The translations under genes were made by a program, and so were the position numbers. This document shows, in pieces, positions 48,815 through 63,700 of a stretch of DNA of 64,000 bases; position 1 is the first letter of the stretch, and every line of letters starts with the position of its first letter. This stretch comes from Takakia lepidozioides. Lineage: Eukaryota > Plantae > Bryophyta. A model generated the notes under the pieces. That model searched no databases. It was given only the letters and a program-made list of their open reading frames with translations, and was not told the DNA's origin. Location of the stretch: positions 26,970,001 through 27,034,000 of the forward strand of contig CM060732.1 of assembly GCA_030704615.1 (NCBI GenBank), given 5' to 3'.

Positions 48815-49175
48815 AATTTCGATTGATCTCATATTACACTGGGACGTATCAAAGGGTACATTGAACACACTGGCCAAGTTTGAAAGCGAACGAAAATCAT
48901 TTGGATGGGCAACCATCCGTTGGCCCATTGAATGAATTTCGATTGATCTCATATTACTCTGGGGCCTCTTACATGGATTGAACATAGTGGCCAAGTCTCA
49001 AAGCGAACCAAAATCATTTCGATGGCCAACTATCCGTTGAGCCATCGAATGAATTTCGATTGATTTGATATTAGTCTGGGACTTGTGAGAGGGTGTCTGG
49101 AACGTGCTGGCAAAGTTAAGAAGCTAACAAAAATGATTTGGATGGGCAACCATCCGTTCACCCGTTGAATGTATT
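48815..49175 (+). repeat. Three ~118-bp tandem units
   Basis: AATTTCGATTGAT...AAAATCATTTGGATGGGCAACCATCCGTT units start at 48815, 48935 and 49052. Confidence 0.8.
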
Positions 49176-51529
49176 CTGTTGGAGCTGCTATTGTTTTGGG
49201 ACCTGTTGGACTTTGTTTCGCGTGCTCACGATTTTTTTTTCATTCCATTTTTGAATGGGGCGTGTAATGTAGCCATATGCAACGTGCGTGCCAAATTTGG
49301 GAGCGATCAAAATTCATTTGGACCCAAAACCACAGTTTCTTCCCTGTTTTGCACTCCAAACTTGATTTGTGTTCTACTTCATGCACTCTTCATAAAGAGT
49401 TCAACAATAGTGAGCGAAGAGAACATTTTTTTTTGGGGCATTTTTTATTGGACCAAATTTTGGCAGGGGAGTAGCCGTGGGATGCTGGAAGCCGCAAAAC
49501 AAAATTGAGCCAAAAACAAAATCGATACGTGCCAGAAACCCCCACTAAAAGGCAGTGCAAACCTATTTATTAGCTTAAAATAAGTTTAAATTCAATTAAA
49601 TTGTGGAATGGCTTGAGGGGGGAGCGCGTTGATGGGGAGACAAATGATTTATTCGTCTGTTGTGTCTCCGCACATGTGGAATGTGGACGTGTGACGTGGT
49701 ATAATTATACTAGTTGACTTAAGAGTGTCCAGTCTCGCCTCCTATATATACTGGCTACTAGGAAGTTTTCTAAAAAGCTTCCCCTGCCAAGGGAAGTCTC
49801 TCGAGAAGCTTCATCAATCAAAGGAAGTCACCTGAGAAGCTTCCTCGACTAGGGGAAGTCTCTTGAGAAGCTTCCTCAACCAAAGAAGCTTCTTGAGCAG
49901 TTTCCTAAGTTACTCTCAGTAATTTGATAACTTTCGGTAACTTGATAACTCATAGTAACTTATGATAAATCGTGATAAATCATGATAATTTTCAGTAAAA
50001 TAACTTGATAACTTCTGATAATTACTCTTGGTGAGTTCTTATGGGCTATGTCCATGACGCATACACTAGACGACTCTTATATTATTGTTGTAACCAAAGA
50101 AGATGTCTTATCCATCATTTGTTTTGCTTGTAATGACGAAGGTCAGATGAAGTCCAAGTGACTGGTAGAGGAGCTCACCACGAGGGTGCAAATTAATCCA
50201 ACAACTAGCGTGTCCCATGAAGAATCCAATAAACACAGGAAGATGGTGGTGCACGTGGAAAATGATCCAAAGTGTCGACGCATGCTGCTCCTAGGAGCAC
50301 TCCATCACCTTCATGCTATTAGAATAAACGGTGGAATCCCCCCCCTTGCCGCGAGCATGAATTGTCATGTTTGCTCCCCCCTCTTCTTCTTTGTGCTTCT
50401 CAAGTGCTGAATCAAAAATGTGTATGGGCTATGGTGGTAGAGAGTGCTATCCCAATGTCGAGAATCCTCCCTTGGGGTTGTTGCATATCTCTCTTCATCC
50501 CCTCTGTTGTGCTCGCACTCTCAATGACTCTTTCCTAGAAGCTATCTATCAAATGACTATCAAGGTTGAGAGCTTATAGAAATCAATTTATAGGAAAAAA
50601 AAACTTGTTGAAAAGGTTCCATTAATGTTTTTGGATGCATCTTGCTTCTTCTCCTCCCCCACTTGTAGGTTATAAATGGGTTTATATCCTCTCACTTTCA
50701 AATAGACACACAAGTAGCTACGATGACTACATTTTTATGTCACAATGCGTTTTTTATATGACAAAGTTTGATTTAATTGTATCTTAGAGACAATTTTTTA
50801 TCACAATGATGAAGTGAGATTCATTGTTATGTTTCTAACTACTACAAACCCCAATATATTAAGTCTCACCATGAATGAAGTTGATTTGTCGAACTATTGG
50901 ACTTTAGAAAATTGCATACGATAGTGTCACAGTCCATAAAAAAATGTGTTATGGACTTTTTGCACTCACTGTAGAAAACAGAGATGAGACTCATAGTAGT
51001 ATTGCTCTACTCTTAAAGATACTAAAGTGCTACAAAAAATATCAGTTTTTCTTTTAACTTTACACATTATTGTGATCTTCAAAAATTAGATTAAAATACA
51101 TGAATGCATGAAAATATATATGCCTCCCGAAGGGAGCGTAAATTATGGTGTCTCTTCACCACAATGGCTACTGCCTTCCAGGTCATGGAAACAAAATAAA
51201 ACAATGGACTTGCTTCACTAAAAGGTACATTTCATGTTGAGACGGATATTATATATTTTTACCTTCAGCAAACACGTGCACACACATCGAGTTGGGGTCC
51301 GCCAAGGATTTGAGGCAAAATCTAACCTCCACTCAACATTAGTACACACCCTAAATAAAACACACCATTTTTATTTCTTATAATTGTCAAATGATATAGA
51401 ATAAATAAATAATAATATAACAAACAATTATTGTTCTAACATCTATCAAATAGGTTGTATACTTACGACATGTCTATTTGAGGAATTGAATGAAAAGATG
51501 AAATACAATAAAATTGTTAGCCATTATTT

Positions 51530-54500
51530 TTAGCATAATCGGAGCAAATCCAATTGTGTTCCGAGACAAATCGAACACAACTCCCGTCTGTTGTTGTTGA
51601 AAACTGCCAAAAATACTGAAATCAAACGCATCACGGCAGCTGAAAGCTAAACAAACTTCTTGATAAGCATCGTATTGCTGAACAAACACAACTTGATTTG
51701 TATTCAAATCTAGTACCACTGATTCAAGGTTCTCAAACAGAAATGTCACCATTGGAAAGTCGGGAAAATTTTGGCCAGGTCTCACATTCCAACATGTGTC
51801 AAAACAAGTATATTTTTCTTGGCCATCGTGAGGTGGCATTTCAGGCCCATTAGCCATTTGTGCTGCTTCAGCAATAAATGCATCCCTGAATGCCAAATAT
51901 GCCTCTGGAAGGAGAAATGTGAATGGAGTGCCGCTGTCGATTAACACACCTCCTCGACCGTTCTCGTCGATATCAAAGATGTCAGGAGGCATATTAACTA
52001 CTCGCCCCGCCACCCAAATTTCCTTGAGAGGAACGTAGTATGTCACGGGATCCAATGCCCCATTTTGAGGCATTTCCACAAATTGGGCGCTGGGATCTGC
52101 AATGGATTATGCAAATGAATTTTGTTAAGATACCGTCTATATGTTTCAAAACATAATTATGGCCATTAAAGGAGTACAAGTGAAAATCCTGATGTGGAAT
52201 GTCTCTTTTTCCATACTTTTCATGACAAAAATGTGACTCGTAATATATTTGTGAGATAAAAAATAAAGACTCTTATCAAATCGAACATAAATTTTGGTGT
52301 CCCTTCACCCGGGTGACTGTTGCCTTCAGTTTGGAGGGTTGACGTCTTCTAACAACCGAAACCGAGGTAGTGCAATTGCACCCCTCTCCCTAGTTAGGAC
52401 TCAAAAATCCCCACGTACCCCCACATTACAGTTTCTACCGGTTGATCCGGATACCCCTTTTGCAGCTAAATTAGCCATAATATGTGATATCCAACATACA
52501 GGGTAGTTACAGGCTACGGTGGACCAAAAACTGCGTAACATGGCAATTTCTGCAATGACCTCCATTCATGGTACCTTTCATAGTAAAATCGCAACTCAAT
52601 ATATCATACAAGTTTATACAGTCTAAGATTTTTAACTACAGTAGAGACATACTAAAAAAACTTATTGTAAAAATGATCATCTATGAAAGAGCTATGGACT
52701 CTTAAAGTTGAATCTTATGGACTGCAGTGTTACACATAAAAAAACCATATGGACTAAAAAGCCATCATATACACCTAAGTAATAGCAAAAAGGAAAACAC
52801 ATTAGGGGTGCCATTTTTGAAAGCTACCCAAATGCACTTTTATATGGACTAAAAACATCAAGGAATGAGAGGTATGGACTAATTTATACTAAACACTGGG
52901 CCCAAACTGTAGTGTATTTTCCTTAATGTACATCATCTTCATTTAGAGGCTTTTGGGATATCATCATTACTAAAAAGATTTAAAAACCCATTATTTAGAG
53001 GTGCCAAGTGATATATGGAAAAAATTCAAAAATCTCTAATTATTAGAAATAAAAAATGGTTTTCTATTTTTCAGAATTAAATACTATACTTTCTAATAAA
53101 ACAATTCTAGCCTATTTGGGGTGGGACTTTTTACTAAAAGTGTTTGAATATATCATATCTATCAATTAAAAATAATTATTGGGATAAATTCCCTCAATTT
53201 GAGGTACCTATATAGACTTTCATAGAGGAAAAATCTACCGTTTTTGGTCCACCGTACTCTGCAACTGCCCTACACCTATGTGAATTTGAATCCATGACCA
53301 CTTGTAAAGATGGAATGGTGCCCCTACTCTTTGGACCATGATCTGCTGGTTCATGTTTGTTTCAAATAGACACTACATTTATGTATAATATTCATGATCT
53401 CCATAACAATTCAACAACCTCACGAGAGGAGAAATTGAACATACATGCGACTATGGACGAGGCACCAAAGATCAACAACCCACTCGTTGCGCTCTGGGTT
53501 TGTGGCAAACAATATGCGAATTGATTGGTGATTTGTGAATTTTGGGCGAGTTGGTATGGCAGGGACAACGCATATTGTCTTCCACCTCCAAGGCCCAAGA
53601 TGCCGGAGGCTATCGGGATCCACGTCGTCATCGTTGATTGATCTTCCCTTAGTCCAATCACAATATCTGCAGAATAAATAACATTACAAATATATATCAA
53701 GTGGAGAATACTAGGAATAATGTAAGAACTTAATGCATACGTGTGATTGTTTGACATGGCGCTAAGTCAGTTTCTAGCATATCAAATCTTTTCTATTTGC
53801 GCTCGAGAGTGACAATGAACTGAAGCTGGGATAACGGTCAACTAGGTTACACAAAAGAGAATGATCATGTGACATTGAGAAGAGTGTAACTCCTACTTGG
53901 CTTCGCAATTGGACTAAGTCCAAATTTGGCTAAGTATATAATGCACTAAGAGGAGCTACACAAGACATAGGGGTTTGACACCTTTGAAAGAAGTGTGTAC
54001 ACTCACATCAAAACATATTTCTTCTATACTTCATGTCAAACATGATGCGTCTTTCTAAAATATTGAATGAGACGGGTGTACTCACATCGCATGGCCAGGC
54101 TTGGATCCAAGTTAAATCGCTGCCGGTGTCTATGATAAAAACTTGGTAGACACTACCTATACCCGTGCCCACAATTACGGTTGCAAAATACTCTAAAAAT
54201 ACGCCGTATTGATAACGTCCAGGCTCGACCGGGGTAAACACATCTTGTTTTAGGTTCCGACCATGAGACTTGTTGCGCATGGAAGGGCCCAATGTTGCGG
54301 CGTTGTGCCGAGCAATCCTAGCCGCACGCACGCATGCCTCATCATCTTTGCGGCAATGAGCAGGCCTGAAAGGGGAGTGGGGCGAGTCAACGTGGGTGAG
54401 TGCAAGGGACCAACCATGTTGGGTAGCATTGATCTCATCCAACTGTATGGGTACGTCTAAAGCGTTCAGCACAAATGTGTGTCTCCTCCCATGGCTATAG

Positions 54501-54586
54501 ACGTTGGTGGCGCCCAATGAGTTGACTTGTAGTAATTTGAGAAGAAAGAGAGAGCTCATGAAAAGCCCATACAGCTGAAAATCCAT
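51530..54586 (-). pseudogene. Secreted pepsin-like (A1, nepenthesin/atypical type) aspartic protease; exons ~54586-54086, 53666-53445, 52096-~51530; probably damaged
   Basis: Hydrophobic N-terminus; LALTHVDSPHSPF; EYFATVIVGT; IIDTGSDLTWIQ; SGILGLG; FAYCL; GGVLIDSGT; FDTCW; IFGSFQQQ; VFDLSRNTIGFAP. The region normally between WxxC and the GILGLG exon is not found, and the terminal Cys-stop (TGC TAA) is out of frame. Confidence 0.8.
52501..53270. mobile_element. 770-bp MITE-like element in the aspartic protease intron
   Basis: TIRs GGGTAGTTACAGGCTACGGTGGACCAAAAAC / GTTTTTGGTCCACCGTACTCTGCAACTGCCC, flanked on both sides by TACA (52497-52500, 53271-53274). Confidence 0.78.
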
Positions 54587-57174
54587 TGCTCTATTTGCTA
54601 AGGGCGCCAAAATCTACTTATACTTGGACAAACAGCTTGGTAGTTTAGTAGACTAGGCCTAATGCCCAAGCCTAGGAGCCATCAGCCCCACTTATGGATT
54701 TTCTTCCATGAGTGACGACATTATATTGTTGCCAACGTAAAAGATAAAACTCAATTTTAACTAATTCCGGACATAAGATGAGTCCATAAATAAATAAAAA
54801 TAAGTGAATAAATAAGTCATGTATTAAATCCAAAAATAATTTATATTCCACTAAACAATATGTTAGTGCCATTACAAATTAGTCATATAATATACTTTGC
54901 GTAGAGAAATGTCTGTGGATGTTGGACAAATTGAAGAAATTTGACTCTAACGTTGATGTTCACGAACTGAGATATAGAAAGAATATAGACTTCAACCACA
55001 TTGTGTAGAGCTTAAAGTCCAAAACTGACAAAAAATGGGAATGAACAATGAAATTATGAGAGTTTCATTCACAGTTCAGATCATCCAAAAGAATGACAAA
55101 TCAAACTTGCACATGAATGAGAATAGATCATTTTTATTTTAGAATATCATTGAATGGACAATGATATTCAGTACATGTGACATTGACATGTAAGTCGAAC
55201 TATGTAGATACACACTAAAGAACTTGCGATTTCTACAGCAAATTACCATACGCCCTGCCATAGCCATAAATAATACTATAATTGTTAAGAACTAACAGCA
55301 TCGGATGCATATTCTAGACTTGAGAAGCCGTCACGAATGATGATTTCCCAAACGACTTGTATGCAGGAGATGAGTTCGAAGACGCCTCCAGTTGTCCCAT
55401 CCGATTCAAGCTTGAGTTTCTACACCAGAAAAGAATGATCTATTCTTGAAATGGTCGAATAGATCATCAGAATTGATGCTAGAACGTGTGATTGACGAAG
55501 CTGAAGATCTTGAACCATTCGGATCTTGGGGTAAAAGCATAATATGGTGGACCAAAAAGCACGTCATGCGGTTGGTCTTATACATTCAACCATCTAAGAT
55601 TGGATGTTTTGATTTGATTTGATTTTGGTACTAAATTTTTTCTTACAGTCAACATTTGTGGAGGGTTGTTATGATGTGAGTCAAAAGGAGGTAACGAGGG
55701 AAACACGGGAGAACCCCATGGACAAGACAAGAAAATTGGGGTTTTGTGCTTAAGGAACGATGGGGGGCTAGATGGATGAAATCATGATTTATCATTGGAG
55801 TTAACATGATGAAATTGACAAATTTTCATCAGCGGATGGACGGTGGAAAAATTGGATGACAAGCAGGGATGAGATCACTAATTGGCATTAGTGGATGGAT
55901 GACGAGCTAGCAGGATGACAGGTCGATGAAAGCACCAATAAAAAAAAGTTGATTCTTCATCACATGGCGATGATACTACAGAAATAAGACAAAGGACTCA
56001 GCGGTGATTTAGTGGGTAAAGTGGCCACAATAATATTAGCTAGGTGGCACTAAGATAAAGGGTGGATAGAAGGAGGTACACGTCGCCTTAAGATGTTGTA
56101 GTGTGAATGCAGGGGAGTGAACATTACATATGTTTACCATTACGACCTGCATCACTATGACGGGAGTGCCCGTCATCCCAACTGCAGAAAGGATGTATCC
56201 CTTCATGTAGGTAATTTCATGAGCGCACTGAGCTTATGCTTTGCCAGGAGAAAATGGCTAAGTCATGACGGTACACATTTTCATCCATGCGATGAACGTT
56301 TTCATCACTGGTTCTTAACCTAAAAGATCGCGGGTTGAGAAAAACGAAGAGGAAGATGACGGATGGCTCGTAGCGGCTGTTGCAAGCAGTGGTGTCGGCA
56401 GGGCAGCCTGTGTTAGGAGGTTGTACCTGCGCGGTGGGATCTTGCTTGGCTTGGGAAGCGGCATTAAGACGCCTCTGCTTGGTATTCTGTGTAGAAAGAA
56501 GCGGTGCCGCCTCTCTCGTAGTGATGATCAATTCCAGGAGATAGAAGCATGTAAGGAAAGCGGCGCACCACCACTGCCGCCAGTGCCTTGAAGATGATAG
56601 TTATGGGCAGATGAGCAAGCAAGGAAAAGGCCAGCTGCTGAAAGCACAGGGAAGAGAGTCTGGGCACAATCAATGGGGGGGAGGTAAAGCATGTGGAGTG
56701 CTGGCTGTATGGTATCTCAGGTTCTCTGTCATCAAGCTTCTAGCTGCTTTGTGTCTCCTTGTTATAGGACCAGGCCAATTCGTGAGGAAGAATTGCATAG
56801 CGTAATCTGGTTGTCAGGCCACGGGATGGTCCAAGTGAAGAAGGGGAGCCATCATGGCGTCATAAGGTCTGGAATCAAGATAAAGAGAAAGGGTTGAAGT
56901 GGCTGCTGACGGGCGATGGCAAGGTGCCACCTTGACAAGCAGACCCGCCGCTTCACTAGTGGATAAAAACAGATAAGTCTATGAACAATGGCCTTTTTTT
57001 GGTGAACTTAGAAATTGCTTTGGTAGATTTAGGACTGCCATCTTGGCAGAAGAGAAAAGGTGGAGACATGTGACAAGAAAAGTTTTTGAAATGGGAATGG
57101 AGACTCTGGACTTCAGACCAGAACGTGGAAAGGATGGATGCACCTGATGTTGTGATGACAGTGAGAGAAATAAG

Positions 57175-57177
57175 TGA

Positions 57178-57208
<31 letters not shown>

Positions 57209-57740
57209 CTGTTCGTCACTGAATTCAGAATGGTCACTGTTGTCTTCATTCTTGCATTCTGATTCAGTGTCATAAACCTGGACACCATGCTGCCGTGTGT
57301 AGTGATAACCTGGAACCAATGTAGATCTGGCTTGTTTGTTTGGAGAGATCAATGATGGTTAGCTGGAGCTGCAAAAAAACATGGAAAGGATAAGGTGATT
57401 TCAGTATGGGATCAGGATCTGAACAACTGCGTTCCACAGTTGAAGGGAAAAGAGGGATGTTGGGGTATTTGGGTTGAAGTCTGACAAAAGGGATGAGAGC
57501 TGTTTGAGCGATGGGTCATTGGAAAAAAGGACAAGAGAGAGAGAAAGAGAGAGAGACTGATGGATGGGATGGTTGTGTCTTGAGAGACCGAGGATGACTT
57601 CAAGGCTGGCTGCACTGGATGCCTAGCAGAGTGTGCATTTACATTACATGACAGATCTGCTGCTGTGAAATAGTGGGGAACCTGGGGACATAGATAGAGA
57701 TAGAAAACAGACAAAAAGGGAAAAGAAAGAGAGAGAGTGA
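57175..57740. repeat. (GA)n microsatellite tracts
   Basis: GA runs at ~57177-57207, ~57533-57556 and ~57720-57737. Confidence 0.6.
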
Positions 57741-60700
57741 AAAATGGGATTTGGGTAAGGAGAGAGCTGCAATTCAAAAGGGCTGTTGGGGGGTTGGCCA
57801 ATTTGGGGAGATGAGATGAAGAAAACCTGAAACATGAAAGAAACCAGTGCCCCTGCAGACCATGAAAATCTGAGCTGCCTCCTCCTAAATCTGTGTCACC
57901 ACTACAAAAAGGGGATTTCCGACCTGTCACTGCTCAAGTGGGCTTCACATAAAGGATCGTGTTTACCACTGCCATTGGGCTGATTTGCATCACTGAATAC
58001 ATCGCACCAGCATAACTGGTGCTGTACCTGCAGGTAGGGGATGTTGTGTAAAAGGTAGAACCAAGAGTGAACAACAAATTGACTCCCCATCCATGTCTTC
58101 TCTTCCGCTGCGGCGTGGATGAGGATTGCTTGAACTCTGATCACGAAGGAGCTGAGGGAAACCCACAGCCAAGTGACGACAGTTGGACAGATTAGAAGAA
58201 CGTTTCTTTCCTTTTGCTCCCCTTAGAATGGAGGGGAGCACAATTAGAATTATACAGAAGGGGATTCACGCCCCTTCATTTCACACTACAATGTATTTAG
58301 CAACAATCAGGCTTGTGGCACAGAGGGGAATAATACCCGGTGGCCACTAAGTCTTCAAGCCTAAGGTTGCAGCTAATTAAGTTTTGGGGTCTAGTTATTA
58401 AATGATCACGTGGAGTGGCGGCATAGATAAGACCAAGTCTATGATTAGGCTAGGTATAAGACGAGTGGTTGCGCATAATCATCTCTCTTAGATTTTTGGT
58501 ACTAGCTTACGTTTCTTGTTGAAGTAAAGCATGGAGATTGTTATCATTTTGAAGTGAGCACGAGAATCAGCTTGGTGTGAAGTAGAATGTATCCACTAAG
58601 ATAGAGGTGGTGTTATGATGTTCCTTTTGAAGCTTACTAATATGTTACCTTAAATCTATTAAATTTCTCTTCACATCATATATAGGGTTTAGGGTTTCTA
58701 GGATATTATTTTCAAGTGTAATTAGTGCACTCTAAATAGAATGAGAAATTGAAAAGCTTACTAATATTTACTCAAATCTGTTTTTATTCTTATTACATTA
58801 TAGTTAGGGTTATGTTGACACATGATGTCAATTCTGCATAAAAGATTTCATGAAGTTAACATCAATGAATATTCTATATTATCAAAGTTTTCAACATGAT
58901 TTACTTTGATATATTGGACTATGATATCATGCAAATATTATAGAGTCCGACGGTATGTCTTTCGTCAAGAGTCTTGACTTTTTCTCTCTCCTTGTGTGAA
59001 GGGCTTTCTAGGGGACCCATTTATCAAAGTTGAACATGTGAATTAAATTGACTTCATTGACTAAACTAAATAGCATTGTCATCAAATTTGTTCCAAAGAT
59101 TTCTCATTTGTATTACAAACTTTCAAGAATTAGAATTTTTAATAGTTCAACTTCAATTTTGAAGTGAAATAATTAAATATAATTATTTCACATGTTATTT
59201 GTTAAATTAAATTAAATTAATTGTCATGTATATGAAGTTTGGTCCGGAATTAACGAAAAAATCCAGAATTAGTTAAAATTGAGTTTTATGCGTCCTATTT
59301 TGTTTGGAATGGTGATGCATGGTATGGTTGGCTAGTGTGTAGAATGTATGTTAGCTTACAAAAGTGGGAGAGGTAAATTGGATTAATCGTGTGTTTGCGC
59401 AGTGTCGAAATCGGGTGACTCTCATCCAAGGGACAAGGAAACGTGCGCCTTCTTTGGGAGTTCACGTGCTAGTGCGCATCTAGCGCGTGTGCGTACTATA
59501 ACTGCGCTACCGAGGGGGTTGTCTTGTAGTGCGGGTTAACGCGGAAGCTACATGCTTCCGTTCACGTACTATAATCGTGTAACCTCGAGACGAAGTCGTA
59601 GTACGGCTTCGGCGTGTTTCCGTACCTCAGGCCAGCATTCCAAGGCGGACCCAATTGTAGTGATTGGGATGCACAGTTGGTTCAAGGTTATCTTTCTAGT
59701 AAAAAAAAGGGTTCAAGGTGAACCTTTGCTCAAGGTGATGCCAAAAAGCGACATCATGAGCAATCGCAAGCAATGTTGTTGCAGTAAGGCGATTCGATCC
59801 TCGGGGATGATCGTTCCTTGGCCTTGAAGTGGGCCAAGAAGAGTGCATTGGGTGGAGCTGGAGAGGCTCCACCCTTGGCCGGGATTTGGAGGAAGTGAGC
59901 CGAACTAGCTAGTGGAGAGTAGAGTCAAGTGGGGGTTTGGTTCTTTGCCATGGGACGCCATGGTACGGAAACAAACTCCTTGATGTGGGACGCCACAACT
60001 TGGATGTTAGTTTCTACAAAATGGACAAGTCGATGAGGACATCGACTCCCTGTTGGTAGGGGTGTGTGTCGCGGCCCTTTGTCTTGAGGGCGGGGGGGGG
60101 GGGTCGGGACACAAGAGGGGCTGCCCCTGTGGTGGGGGCAGTGGCAACAATAGGTACGGGGGCTGAAGCACCCTTGAGTGCCCAAGGCACTCAAGGAGGC
60201 AAAGGCGCTCATTAGGTAGAACCCCGCACACCGGGTTGCGGTGGGGGTGGTTCCACGAGGGGTGGTGGTAGCTTAGTGGGTGGGGGTGGCATAGGACTCA
60301 CCATGGGGCGGAGACCTTGTGGTGGGAGTCGTGGGGAGTCTTGGGACTCCTCATGGTCCATTGGGGCCGTGGTGGGTGGGCCATGACTCACCGCGACTCA
60401 TCACCGGGAGTCAAGGGTCTTCGTGGTGGTTCGCCATAAAAGGACGGTGTTGTTTGTGAAACCCCCGCGAACAGTCACAGAAGTATATATAGGGAGTAGT
60501 AACCCCGAGAACGATGCAAGCCCGTTGGTGACCAAAATCTAGTGCGTAAGCGTGCGAGCCGGAAAGCGACCAAGGTGTGGGGAGCTGTTCCGGACTGCCA
60601 ACAATCAAAGGGAATTTTCAATAGGCCCAGAGTGAGCGAGGGTCTTGTGGAGGAGCAAAGGGGGACCGTTATGTCCCGGTGAGCAGCCGAAGCTCCGAGT

Positions 60701-63700
60701 TGGCCAGGCGGCCAGTTTGGGAGTTAGGCGCGCGCATCAAAGCGAGTAACTATGACGTGAATGGGAGCTTACCGAAAGGAGGTGCGCGATACTGCCCCTG
60801 TCAAAAGGATTTGACACGATCATGGTGGTGGTGGATAGATTCAGTAAAATGGGCGATTTCATCCCCACCAAAGAGACGGCAACGGCGCAGGAGACGGGGC
60901 GACTTTATTTCGCCCACGTCTTCAAGTTTCATGGACTTCCAAAGGACAGTGTCTTAGACCGCGTGTCAAGATAAATAAACACAGTGTGAAACTAACTAGA
61001 ATAAAACTAGTTATTTGTATTTAACACTTGGATTTAGTTCAAGTGTTAACTCAAGTGTCAAGTTTGAGCTTGACACCTGAACCATCTTATCTTCACGAGA
61101 GCGTCAGTCGCGCAACTCATCTCTCTCAAGTTGAGCCTGCGCGACCGAGCTCCTTCATGCTTTAGAATCTGAGTGTGCTTATATAGGGGTATAGGTTGTT
61201 GTGGGGTGGAGTCCCCATAGCTTGGGGTGCCCCTGGCTCAACTATTATATTAAAGAGTGATGTTGATGGATTTCATGTTTCTTGTGTGAGCAGTGTGTTT
61301 TGAGTTTTCTTATCACTCGAGAGAGATGACCTCTTACCTGTGAGTGCAAGGTAGGAGTTGAGGGTTAGCACTTGTATGATTACCTGTGTGTAAGTAGTGC
61401 TTAGTTTAAGAAGCTTAAAAAACAAAAAAGAAACATGCAAGTTTCGATCATCTTTGGTTTTTGGGTGGTGGGGGAGGAGATGGGAGCGGAACAAGCTCCG
61501 CTGACTGTGCAGCAATGAGCGCTGCGTGCTTGGTTGAACTCTTCCGTGGTTGACAATTGCAGGTTGCGGGTGCTGCGGGCTTACCAAACAGATATGGCCA
61601 GTTCTGTAGCAGACAAGTTCGCTGCAGAATTTTGAGAGCTCAAACGCGAAGAAAAGTTGTGATTTTGGATGGCGAGAGACTGAGGAAGTCGCAATGATTT
61701 GTACGCATGCGCTCCGAAAGCCAGAGAGAGGCTGGGGTTCTTGCAGGAGGAGGCTCTTTCCGGAGTCTTGGAAATCATCGAGTGTGCGGGGATGGTCTGG
61801 AGAAATTTGAGTTGTGCAACCTGAGTCTGGCTGACTAGTCTGATCCGGTTGGGTTGCTAAAGAGAGCAATAAGATCTTGGGTACATCTGAGTGTGCAGCG
61901 GCAGGCAGTGATTCGGGGGTGTGTTTGTTCTGGACAATCTTGGCGTGGAAGGCAAGTTGAAGTCAACTAAGGCTTTGCCATGCGCCGAGGAGTCGTTATG
62001 TGATCTCTCGGCGAGACCCTATCATTTCGGGAAACGACGCTGATAAGTTGTGGCTGCTAAATCAAAGCCTCGTACATAGAGAGAGAGTCAACTGAAAGAT
62101 GTTGATGCCAGTCACCAACTGCTGAGATGGGGCTGAGAGTCATGCATGGCGAGCCTGGCTCAGCGTAATGGAATGCAACATGTGGAGAGAACGCCGAAAA
62201 GCAATGTCGTAGCCGAAGAGCCTGTGATTGCAGTGGTTAGGCCAGCTGTGGGCCATAACGATCCTTTGAGTCCTGTGAGTGATTCCCCACCCATATTTTC
62301 CAGTGCTGGTGCCAAGCAGCTGAGAAGATCTCGGTCGATTCCTTCAGGTGTACGAGGCCACGCTGCTACTCCTGTGTTCCTTGGTCCATTGCTCCCCATT
62401 GTCAGGCGCTTAAAACAGCTCCCCAATTTCTACTTACACTGACCGGAACAATGTAGGATCAGGGGATACAAAAGGGAGAAGCAAAGAACTAAATGCAGAT
62501 GTTGGAATCAAAGATGGCAGTACACACCATATTGCCAAAGAGATTGAGGACGATCAGGATATGGGTGCAAAGCAGGATTCTAAACTAGAATTAGAGACTG
62601 GAAAAATTGGCAGAAGTAATGGCAAGCAGGTGCAGGGTTTTACAGAACATGGAAGAGATGTTCTGCCAAATACTCTCGCCGTCAAGCCAAGTGCACCTGA
62701 AAGCTCTGTGATATCGAAGGGATCCACCAATGGGACAACTTGTTTTTCCTCTCACACTGGCAATGTCATATGTGGGAGTCAGTTCCTCGGTTTCACCTCC
62801 GATGTGGCAGATGTATTGTGCAAGTCCAGCAACCATCCACGAATCTTTCGATTGCAGGCCGCCTGTCCATAAGCCATGAAGGTGTTGCGCAGTGCATCTC
62901 TTGACCTGCTCTTGAAATCGCCCCAGGGTGTGATACCCCATCCATAACTGAGGTCGAGTCTTGGAGTTGGAGAGCTCTTGGTGCCTGGAGAAGCCTGGAG
63001 GGGAACGGCCTCGGGAACCCGTAGATAACCTGGGAACTGTTTTTAATGGCGAGAACGTTTTGGTGTTAAAAAAAAAAAAAAGCCTTTTTGATCTAATTCA
63101 AATGATTTAGAGCCTAATTGGTCATATATTTTTTTTCAAATGGACTCCGTTTGACTCAGTTTTTGAGGGGATAGTTGCAGAAAGGGGAAATCTACCTATC
63201 TAGATTAGTTTTTTGGACTCTGCTAAAAATCTATGAATTTTTTTGAGTGTGAGTGTGCTATGAAAGATCCACAATTCTGTTTCTAGAATTTGTTGTGGTC
63301 TACATGAGAGATAAATCTAGGGATGTACTCCTTGTATGGCTGGGGGAAATGAGGACGTAATTGAAGGGCAGGTCTCTTCTCTTAGCCTGTGCATACAAGG
63401 GGACAAGATTTATGTTTCTCAAGGGGCTCAGACTGACTTGAGTGGAGAGCAGTTGGACAGGTTGATTGCATACTGGGAGTCAGGCATTAGCAATAGACAA
63501 CACACTGCTGTAGTTGGCGTTGAGGGCCTCAATATTGCTTTGGACAGTCAGAACTCTGTTGGAGCAAGCAGTTCTGCAGCTGTAGGTGCAATACCAAAGT
63601 GGGTGAAAGCTAGGCTTGGAACACAGCCAAAGACAGCCCCGGGGACCAAGGTGTTCAGCCACAAGGCCGTGGTGTACTGGAGTAGAGGAGCAGGAGCTAC

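Noticed and set aside
56217-58241. Minus-strand gene or MIRNA locus suggested by CT/GA tracts
   Set aside because: No recognisable protein motif, coherent exon chain or conserved miRNA sequence found by eye.
57900-59531. CACTA element from CACTACAA (57900) to TTGTAGTG (59531)
   Set aside because: The match is limited to 8 bp and the flanks (CAC vs CGG) give no TSD.
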